Source of the DNA: Candidatus Iainarchaeum sp.
GTDB taxonomy: Archaea; Iainarchaeota; Iainarchaeia; Iainarchaeales; DTGL01
Reading direction: 5' to 3'
Assembly: GCA_038736825.1 (NCBI GenBank)
Contig: JAVYME010000027.1
Coordinates: 1-15,165, forward strand
DNA: 15,165 nt
Position numbers and translations under genes: made by a program. This document shows positions 1-5,901 of the stretch, in pieces. The notes below the pieces were generated by a model, which did not search any database, was not told where the DNA came from, and saw only the letters and a list, made by a program, of their open reading frames with translations. Within the stretch, counting starts at the first letter, position 1. The number at the start of each line of letters is the position of its first letter.

Positions 1-938
1 GGTTAAGGGATTTTTTTGCCACTATTTTTTTTGTTTCGCTTGGATTGCAGATAAGTTTTGCTTTCACTAGCCTTCCTTTTGCAGTGTTGCTGTTAATGTT
101 TTTGGTATTGTATTTTGTCAATCCAGCACTGTACTTTTTAATTTCAATTCTTTTTGGGCTTAAGCCGAAAAGCGCTCTTTTTGTGGGGCTCGCTTTAGGG
201 CAGGCTAGCGAGTTTTCCTTCATTTTGGCAAACCAAGGCTTCAAGTTGGGCCAGCTTTCCCCTGAAATCTTTTCTGCCAGCATTCTTGCCATAACAATTT
301 CAATGGCTTCAACTCCCTATTTAATGGAGAAAAGCGATTCTTTGTATTCCTTTTTTTCAAAGAGTGTAAAGCCCTTTTTGCCAAAAAAGCTTGGATCAAA
401 ACTGGGGCGAAGGGAAAAAAGCCTTGACTTTCTTCCGAAAAGTTTTTGTGAAGATCACTTGGTAATTGTTGGTTCTGGGCTTTTGGGAAAACAGCTGATT
501 TCTGCTCTGAAAAAAAGGCACAAGATTGTGGTTGTAGACCATGATGCAGAAATAGCTCAAGCCAATGCGAGCAAGGTTCCAACAATTTATGGAGAGGCGG
601 AAAGCGATGAAATTCTTGAAAAGGCTTGTCCTTCAAAGGCTAAAGCAGTTATTTCAACCATTCCAGACACAAAAGCAGCCTGTCTTGTCATAAAAAAAGC
701 CAAAAAGGCAAACCCTAAAATTTTGGCAATTGCAAAAGCAAAAAATTTTACTAGCGCTCTAGAATTGTATAAAAGCGGAGCCGATTATGTGTTGTTGCCA
801 GAGGTTGTGAGCGCTAATGTTTTATTAAAACAGCTTTCCGGCTTCCTTGAAACCGGAAACATTAGCAGAATATCCAACCTTGAAGACGATTTCAGAAAAT
901 ATTTGGAAGAAAAAGCCAGAGAAGAGCAAGGAGCTTAA
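1..938 (+). CDS. Cation:proton antiporter (CPA2/Kef-type), 3' part: last TM helices plus TrkA-N/RCK domain; 5' end cut by window edge
   Basis: Frame 3 is open from base 3 (LRDFFATIFFVSLGLQISF...), so the TTG at 45 in the ORF track is not the real start. Hydrophobic helices are followed by a Rossmann GxGxxG segment (HLVIVGSGLLGKQLISALKKRHKIVVVDHD) typical of TrkA-N/RCK. TAA stop at 936-938. Confidence 0.85.
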   Translation, partial: LRDFFATIFFVSLGLQISFAFTSLPFAVLLLMFLVLYFVNPALYFLISILFGLKPKSALFVGLALGQASEFSFILANQGFKLGQLSPEIFSASILAITISMASTPYLMEKSDSLYSFFSKSVKPFLPKKLGSKLGRREKSLDFLPKSFCEDHLVIVGSGLLGKQLISALKKRHKIVVVDHDAEIAQANASKVPTIYGEAESDEILEKACPSKAKAVISTIPDTKAACLVIKKAKKANPKILAIAKAKNFTSALELYKSGADYVLLPEVVSANVLLKQLSGFLETGNISRISNLEDDFRKYLEEKAREEQGA

Positions 939-944
939 GGCTGG

Positions 945-953
945 TTTTTTTTT
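945..953 (+). terminator. Oligo-T tract (T9) just after the antiporter stop; archaeal-style termination signal
   Basis: T9 run begins 7 nt after the TAA at 936-938. The next gene is convergent. Confidence 0.45.
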
Positions 954-1109
954 ACTTTTCTAAATTACTTGAAACGGAAACAGGAACTGAAAAAAGTAGG
1001 GCTGAAGCAGTGAAAGAATTTGAGGAAATGTGTTTGGATTTACTGAGAGTGGGTAATGCAAAAGCCCCACTAAAACTTAAGAAACAGTTTTTTTTGCTTT
1101 TGAGCTAAT

Positions 1110-1658
1110 TCAATGGCTTACAAGCGTAATTTCTGTTTTAGCTTTAGCCAATTCAAGTCCATTGAATTCAACTGAAGTGAACAAATCGTAGGGGCCTGGA
1201 AATACTCCGCCACAGCCAGCAGTGCAATATGGTGTTGTTTCGACAAATTCTATTGTGTTTTGCCCTTCACTTAAATCGACAACTTTTTCGCTTTCAATAT
1301 AGTTTTTAGAGTAGGGTTTTATTCCCCAAATTTTGATTTTTGCATTTTTAAGGCTTTCTGAAACGCTTGCTGTGACAGTTATGGTTGCTTTTTCATTGGA
1401 TCCGTATTGGTTTTTGTCTGTTGAAATGGAAACCGATGCTTGTGGTTTTTTTTGTGGTGTTGCAGTTATTGTTTCTTTAGGCGAAGTTGTGGGTTGAGGG
1501 GTTTGAGTTGCGGTAGTTTGTGTTGGAGAAGGCGTTTGTAGTGGCGTGTTGCTTGGGATTGTATTGCTTTTGGGGTTATTGGAAGCGTTTTCGTTTTGAA
1601 TGCAGCCACTCAAAATCAGCGCGAGTGCAATTAATGCAATTAAAGCCTGCAATTTCAT
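1110..1658 (-). CDS. Secreted lipoprotein-like protein: signal peptide with lipobox, Thr/Pro/Gln linker, C-terminal beta-rich domain
   Basis: Internal ATG at 1656-1658 gives MKLQALIALIALALILSGC (hydrophobic core plus L-S-G-C lipobox). The 43 codons upstream in the track ORF are not protein-like. The linker PSNTPLQTPSPTQTTATQTPQPTTSP is followed by alternating beta-type sequence containing CTAGCGG. Confidence 0.7.
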   Translation of the reverse strand: MKLQALIALIALALILSGCIQNENASNNPKSNTIPSNTPLQTPSPTQTTATQTPQPTTSPKETITATPQKKPQASVSISTDKNQYGSNEKATITVTASVSESLKNAKIKIWGIKPYSKNYIESEKVVDLSEGQNTIEFVETTPYCTAGCGGVFPGPYDLFTSVEFNGLELAKAKTEITLVSH

Positions 1659-1955
1659 GGAAAGACTATACTTGAAAGAATATTTAACTATTTGCATATT
1701 TGAATAAATTTTTTTAACCACGAGTGTTTTGGGCTTTAAAATTTGCTTGGCAAAATAGTTGCAGTATTTGTTTTGAATGGCTTGCAATCAATCAAACACT
1801 AAATTTTGGTTAATGGCTGTATTTTCAATAACAACAGTGGGCGATTGCTTTCTTTAAATTGTTCCGGGCAAAGAAGAAATCAAAAAATGGCTTTCAAACC
1901 GTTAATTTTTAAGCACCAATGCTAAAGCATAGTTTAAGCAACAATAAAAAATATT

Positions 1956-3167
1956 TTGAGAAAGCTTGGTGTTTTCTTGTCTGAAAAACTGAAAAAGAAC
2001 GTTTTGGTTTTAGGGCTTGTCAGCCTTTTGACTGACATTTCCAGCGAAATGATTTTTTCCATACTGCCGGTTTTCATGTCAAGCGTTTTAATGCTTGACA
2101 AGGCAGTTATTGGCTTGATTGAAGGAATAGCCGAATCAAGTGCAAGTGTTTTCAAGCTTTTGTCAGCAAAAGCGGAAAAATTTTTAGGCAAAAAGAAAAC
2201 CGTCATACTGTTTGGATACGGGCTTTCAACTGTTGTAAAACCATTGTTCGCTTTTGCAACAAACTGGTGGCAGCTTCTCTTGTTTCGGTTTGGGGACAGA
2301 GCCGGAAAAGGCTTGAGGGGCCCTGCAAGAGATTCCATAATTGCTGACTCTTCCGCGCAGCAAACAAGAGGTTTTTCCTTTGGATTCCACAGAACAATGG
2401 ACACCATTGGTGCAATAATAGGTCCCTTGCTTGCTTTTTTAATCCTCTCCCTTCTCAGCCAAAACTTCAGGCTTGTTTTTTTGTTATCCTTCATTCCGGC
2501 ATTTTTAGCAGTTTTAATAATATTGTTTTTTGTCAAAGAGGAAAAAAACCCAGTCAAAGATAACATTAAAGAAAAAACACTCCAAAACACGGAATACAAG
2601 TGGTTCCTTTTATCAGCCTCTGTTTTTGCACTGGGAAACCTGAGCTTTGCATTCCTCTTAATAAGAATACAAGATCTTGGCCTGCCAGTTGCCTTTATCC
2701 CGTTAGCCTACCTTTTTTTCAACATCTCTTATGCTTTCTTTGCAATTCCTTTCGGAAAACTGGCTGACAAAATAGGCAGAATTAAAGCCCTTGCCTTGTC
2801 CTTTGCCCTGTTTTCGCTCACATTCACTGGCTTTGCCCTGGCTAAAGAGGCATGGATTGCAATAATTTTACTAGCAGTATACGGAATTGCCACAGCTGGC
2901 ACTGAAACAGTGCAAAGAACAATTGCCTCGGAAATCGTTCCAAAACAAAAAAGAACTGGTTCTCTTGGAACCTATCAAGGAATAACTGGACTGCTATTGC
3001 TGCCTGCAAGCATTATAGCCGGAATCCTTTGGAGTTTAGCTGGCGCTGAAACCGCATTTGCCTTCAGCGCCATAACAAGCATTTCAGCGCTTGCGCCCCT
3101 TTACAAAATACAAAAAAATTTCCTGAAACCGCAAAGAAGAACAACCAAAAAGGAAAAAAAGGTTTGA
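1956..3167 (+). CDS. MFS transporter (12-TM type)
   Basis: Multiple hydrophobic helices, the N-terminal LGLVSLLTDISSEMIFSILPVF segment, and an MFS loop motif GDRAGKGLRGPARDS. The start is uncertain. TTG 1956 has no SD, whereas in-frame TTG 1977 is preceded by GGTG (1968-1971) with a 5-nt spacer. Confidence 0.85.
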   Translation: MRKLGVFLSEKLKKNVLVLGLVSLLTDISSEMIFSILPVFMSSVLMLDKAVIGLIEGIAESSASVFKLLSAKAEKFLGKKKTVILFGYGLSTVVKPLFAFATNWWQLLLFRFGDRAGKGLRGPARDSIIADSSAQQTRGFSFGFHRTMDTIGAIIGPLLAFLILSLLSQNFRLVFLLSFIPAFLAVLIILFFVKEEKNPVKDNIKEKTLQNTEYKWFLLSASVFALGNLSFAFLLIRIQDLGLPVAFIPLAYLFFNISYAFFAIPFGKLADKIGRIKALALSFALFSLTFTGFALAKEAWIAIILLAVYGIATAGTETVQRTIASEIVPKQKRTGSLGTYQGITGLLLLPASIIAGILWSLAGAETAFAFSAITSISALAPLYKIQKNFLKPQRRTTKKEKKV

Positions 3168-3208
3168 ATGGAAATAAAATGCGCTTGCTAAAAACAAATA
3201 TTTGGGCA

Positions 3209-3358
3209 TTAATCTTTCTTTGATTTTGGAAAGCCATTGCGGTCTATCACAAACTTGTGGTTTGGATCGCGCGTGCAAACATAAACTCCGTTGGATGTCT
3301 CCTTCAAAGGCACAGTAATAAAGTTTTTTCCATAACATTGTGGGCAAAAATACGCCAT
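3209..3358 (-). CDS. Small zinc-ribbon-like protein, 49 aa (below the ORF-track size cutoff)
   Basis: Hand translation gives MAYFCPQCYGKNFITVPLKETSNGVYVCTRDPNHKFVIDRNGFPKSKKD, with a TAA stop at 3209-3211. It has CxxC plus CxxxxxH ligand spacing. GAGGTG (3365-3370) sits 6 nt upstream of the ATG at 3356-3358. This ORF competes with the 92-aa track ORF in another frame, which overlaps the MFS 3' end. Confidence 0.5.
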   Translation of the reverse strand: MAYFCPQCYGKNFITVPLKETSNGVYVCTRDPNHKFVIDRNGFPKSKKD

Positions 3359-3398
3359 TCATACCACCTCGCTCTTACAAAAGTAGAAGCTATCAGCC

Positions 3399-3422
3399 AA
3401 AAAGGCGCTTTAGCTGTAAAGC
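3399..3422 (-). terminator. Hairpin plus T5 on the minus strand (GCUUUA-CAGC-UAAAGC then GCC-UUUUU); possible end of the NTase operon transcript
   Basis: 6-bp stem 3407-3412/3417-3422 with a 4-nt loop. A5 on the plus strand at 3399-3403 is T5 on the minus strand. A second GGCG/CGCC hairpin lies at 3425-3440. Confidence 0.35.
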
Positions 3423-3601
3423 AAGGCGAGCTTCACCGCCATTTAACCAATACTACAAATCTGCTTAAAAAACAATTCATAACGAGGCAAATAGCGCCGA
3501 AAAGTTCAATGCCTTTTCCTTTCTAGGGAAATCGGCCAAGTTTGTTCCAACAGTATGTGCTGTGAGGTTTTATTTAAGGATTTTGATTTGATCCTGTATG
3601 A

Positions 3602-4117
3602 TCAGAATAGTTCTTCGAGGACTTTTTCTAGGTTGTTTTTGTATTTTTCCTCGCTGCCGACCACTTCGACTTTTTCAGCCCTTTTCCTGACTTGTTCTTT
3701 TGAGAGCTTTGCTTTTTTTATGCATGCTTGGATGTCCTGCCAGTCCCTTTCACTAAGCCTTGCAATCTTTGAGACAATGATGTCCAAGGGCGACAATGCA
3801 AGCAATTCAATATACTCGAATTTTTTCCGGACAGGAATCGCTTTTTCAGCGTAATCTTCCGGCAATTGCTGCGAGAAGACCAGGCCGTTTGAGAAAAGGT
3901 CTATTCTGTAACCTGAAGCGAGGTTCTTGATTGCTTTTGCAATTGTTTCGCGGTCTTTTCCGCTTACATCCAAGTCGATGTCGATTGTCGAGTTTTTCAG
4001 GCCTAACAAGGTCATTGCTGTTCCGCCTACCGCGACAACCCTGATTTTCCTGTTCAGTTCCTTGTCCAGTTCTTCCAATAACTCGAACAATTTTTGTTTT
4101 CCGATTTCAGATGACAT
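3602..4117 (-). CDS. Minimal nucleotidyltransferase (Pol-beta superfamily; DUF2204/DUF6036-like), 171 aa
   Basis: VAVGGTAMTLLGLKNSTIDIDLDV matches GG-x13-DxD, followed by a later acidic strand GYRIDLF and a helical tail SPLDIIVSKIARLSERDWQDIQ. GAGGT (4124-4128) lies 6 nt before the ATG at 4115-4117. The gene overlaps the upstream gene by 11 nt. Confidence 0.75.
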   Translation of the reverse strand: MSSEIGKQKLFELLEELDKELNRKIRVVAVGGTAMTLLGLKNSTIDIDLDVSGKDRETIAKAIKNLASGYRIDLFSNGLVFSQQLPEDYAEKAIPVRKKFEYIELLALSPLDIIVSKIARLSERDWQDIQACIKKAKLSKEQVRKRAEKVEVVGSEEKYKNNLEKVLEELF

Positions 4118-5234
4118 TATACAACCTCATTTTTTCCTTTAAAGCATTCAAGTCAACTTTTTTGCCTTCAATGCCGCTTTTTTTTATTAGTTTGATTGCT
4201 TTTTCTGTTTCCTTTAATGGCTTGATTTTGTTGAATGCTTCAAGTAATCCGAGCAGTTCTGGCAGTTTTCCATATCTTGCGCACATGAATGCCAGCAAGC
4301 GGTAATTGGGCTTCCTGCCGGCTTTGTTGTCGAAAGCTTTTGAAATAATTACCGGAATCGCTTCCTTTCTCCTTGCATCGCCTTGCAATAATATTGCCAT
4401 GGCAATGCTTTCAATTGCAATGTTTTCGCTTGACTGCAGTTTTTCCCCGAATTCAGTGTAACCAAACCGGCTAAGGTTGTAGAAAAGCTCTTTTTCGCTA
4501 GCTTTCGCTGGCTTGAACTCCTCACTTTCCGCCTTTACAGTGATTCCTTGGTCCATTGCGCGCCTTATTGAAAGCCAGAAAGCCTGCGGCGAATAAAACG
4601 CTGTTTTGTCTGAAAGCATTTCCTTCAACGCGTTTTTGCCCTGTTCTTTCAATAGTTCGAAGAACTCGTTTTCCCTTAAAACCAAAAAATCCGCTTTCAG
4701 GTTATGTCTTTTCTGAAGCAATTGCATTGTAGAATAAATGAGCTCTATTTCGTTTTGGATTGCCTTTTCGCCTTCCTCTTTTGAATCCCATTGTTTTTCT
4801 GTTTCAGTCAAAAGAGGCTCCCTTAAAAGGAACAAAAATTCGGCCTTGTTCAACTTTGCGTTTCTCGCAGGCCTCATGATTGAAATGGATTCAATGAAAT
4901 AAAACCCGCGAGAAAAAGTGCTTTCCATTGCAAACAAAAACGCCTGCATTTCTGGGTTTTTTTCCAAAAACTTCCTTTTTTTGGCAAACTCCATCTCGCT
5001 CAACAAGTCAAAGGTTGCAGGGTTTTCAAGGTTAAGGCTTACAAGCGAGGCCTTTCCTGCAATCTCTAGGTTCAATATTTTGTTTCGCGCGAGTTCCTGC
5101 GTCTTCTCGTAAATGTTCTTATAAGTGGCTTTGCCTGATCTTTCCTTTACTCTCTCTTTGAGGCTGCTTATGGAGGTATTGTTGCCCAGGCTGCTTGCAA
5201 GTGCATCCAGTATTCTGAAATTCAATTCATCCAT
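4107..5234 (-). CDS. 375-aa protein: N-terminal winged helix-turn-helix, central degenerate NTase-like region, helical C-terminal domain; function unknown
   Basis: The long ORF has protein-like composition. The N-terminus MDELNFRILDALASS...SISSLKERV...YKNIYEKTQELARNKILNLEIAGKASLVSLNL reads as a wHTH. GGTG lies 5 nt upstream of the ATG at 5232-5234. TGA stop at 4107-4109. Confidence 0.75.
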   Translation of the reverse strand: MDELNFRILDALASSLGNNTSISSLKERVKERSGKATYKNIYEKTQELARNKILNLEIAGKASLVSLNLENPATFDLLSEMEFAKKRKFLEKNPEMQAFLFAMESTFSRGFYFIESISIMRPARNAKLNKAEFLFLLREPLLTETEKQWDSKEEGEKAIQNEIELIYSTMQLLQKRHNLKADFLVLRENEFFELLKEQGKNALKEMLSDKTAFYSPQAFWLSIRRAMDQGITVKAESEEFKPAKASEKELFYNLSRFGYTEFGEKLQSSENIAIESIAMAILLQGDARRKEAIPVIISKAFDNKAGRKPNYRLLAFMCARYGKLPELLGLLEAFNKIKPLKETEKAIKLIKKSGIEGKKVDLNALKEKMRLYNVI

Positions 5235-5246
5235 AAAAACACCAAT

Positions 5247-5286
5247 TATATCATTAAAGATATAATATTATATCTTTAAGGATATA
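5247..5286. promoter_or_regulatory. Palindromic operator-like element in the promoter region of the wHTH/NTase operon
   Basis: Perfect 26-nt palindrome TTAAAGATATAAT|ATTATATCTTTAA at 5254-5279. The arms extend imperfectly to 5247-5286 with one mismatched pair. It lies 20-45 nt upstream of the ATG at 5234 and is embedded in TATA-like sequence. Confidence 0.55.
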
Positions 5287-5416
5287 TTTAAAAAAGAATC
5301 TTTTAAATAAACCCGCAAAGCTTTGGAGTTGCCAAAGTTTAAAATTAGGGCATGCAAAATATTGCTTGTGTTTTTACCCTTTAGTTCACTTGCCTTTCTC
5401 GCCGCTGTTCAGCCAG

Positions 5417-5668
5417 TTAAGGAAGGACTTCAAGAAGAGCTTTTCTAGGTCTTTCCTTGCAAACTCGCCCCCTCCAGTCTTTTTTTAGCCTTCTTATTAT
5501 CGTGCACGGGCTGGTGGAGTTCCTTATCCCCCTAGCTTTGCTTAGTCCGCAGAGAAATTGAAGTGATTGTATTGCCGTACGAGTTTTCAGTTTTTTTGCA
5601 GAACTGTTTTCGGTTTTAACGCGCTGAGCTGTATCTTCAAGCGTTTTGCCAAATTCATGCAGTTTTTT
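5417..5668 (-). pseudogene. Start-less 83-codon open frame resembling an HTH (transposase/resolvase N-terminal-like) remnant
   Basis: Hand translation gives KKLHEFGKTLEDTAQRVKTENSSAKKLKTRTAIQSLQFLCGLSKARGIRNSTSPCTIIRRLKKDWRGRVCKERPRKALLEVLP*. The frame has no ATG, GTG or TTG. An ATG at 5656-5658 in another frame runs 23 codons and stops just after an A7 run (5591-5597). No catalytic domain follows. Confidence 0.3.
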
Positions 5669-5733
5669 TCACAGCCCTGCCTTCCTAAACCGAAGCACTT
5701 TTAAAAAGGCGAGGTAGCGATCCCCGAATTCCA

Positions 5734-5850
5734 TGCACGGGAGCGGATTCGAACCGCTGAACGCACTAAGCGGCCAGCTGTTTTCAGCCGAAGCCTGTGC
5801 AGGCCGAAGCCTCCTAAAGCTGGTGGGTTTGGCCACTTCCCTACCCGTGC
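5734..5850 (-). tRNA. tRNA-Leu (anticodon UAG) with a 33-nt intron at the canonical 37/38 position; no encoded CCA
   Basis: Hand fold: acceptor GCACGGG/CCCGTGC plus discriminator A. D arm GGG-AAGTGGCCAAA-CCC. Anticodon stem CCAGC/GCTGG with loop TT-TAG-G[intron]A. Long variable arm CCGCTTAGTGCGTTC (class II tRNA). T arm AGCGG-TTCGAAT-CCGCT. Confidence 0.85.
5780..5812 (-). other. tRNA intron (AGGCUUCGGCCUGCACAGGCUUCGGCUGAAAAC)
   Basis: This is the sequence between G37 and A38 of the anticodon loop. Loop UUU can pair with intron AAA. The 3-nt bulges GG|A and AC|A fit a relaxed bulge-helix-bulge arrangement. Confidence 0.7.
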
Positions 5851-5873
5851 GATGTAAATAATATGTGCGCTCT

Positions 5874-5889
5874 GGTTTTTTTAAAATAG
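5874..5889 (-). promoter_or_regulatory. TATA-like box upstream of tRNA-Leu
   Basis: The minus strand reads CTATTTTAAAAAAACC, centred about 30 nt upstream of the mature tRNA 5' end. Confidence 0.35.
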
Positions 5890-5901
5890 TTTTTTTTGTG
5901 T

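Noticed and set aside
1659-1787. N-terminal extensions given by the ORF track (also 7752-7817, 7681-7851, 9587-9610)
   Set aside because: The upstream codons are not protein-like, use TTG or rare starts, or overlap divergent genes. Internal ATGs give canonical signal peptides or N-termini, in one case with a good SD.
1934-2599. 221-aa minus-strand ORF antisense to the MFS gene (also 2203-2415)
   Set aside because: A shadow ORF opposite a strongly supported 12-TM transporter. It is rich in Ser/Lys/Phe from the reverse complement of hydrophobic codons.
3084-3362. 92-aa minus-strand ORF from the track
   Set aside because: It overlaps the MFS 3' end by about 80 nt and its sequence is Cys/Phe/Leu-rich and not protein-like. 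A different frame in the same place gives a clean zinc-ribbon ORF with a properly spaced SD.
3257-3854. Plus-strand ORFs 3257-3526 (89 aa) and 3555-3854 (99 aa)
   Set aside because: Their composition is not protein-like (Ser/Phe/Leu runs). The second is antisense to the well-supported NTase gene. Neither has an SD or a recognisable motif.
4107-5234. HEPN toxin assignment for the 375-aa protein, which would make a classical HEPN/MNT pair
   Set aside because: No Rx4-6H motif is present. The protein contains a single His in KRHNL with the wrong spacing, and it carries an N-terminal wHTH instead.
5502-5518. GTGCACGGGCTGGTGG: 8-mers matching the tRNA-Leu 3' acceptor end (TGCACGGG) and its D/anticodon junction (GCTGGTGG), considered as an att-site remnant
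   Set aside because: Only 8-nt matches, which are expected by chance at this window size, and they lie inside the HTH-like open frame. This is not enough to call an attachment site.
5587-5600. A7 run as a programmed frameshift site of an active insertion sequence
   Set aside because: The combined frames encode only about 80 aa. I saw no DDE or other catalytic domain and no terminal inverted repeats, so a decayed remnant or assembly indel is more parsimonious.
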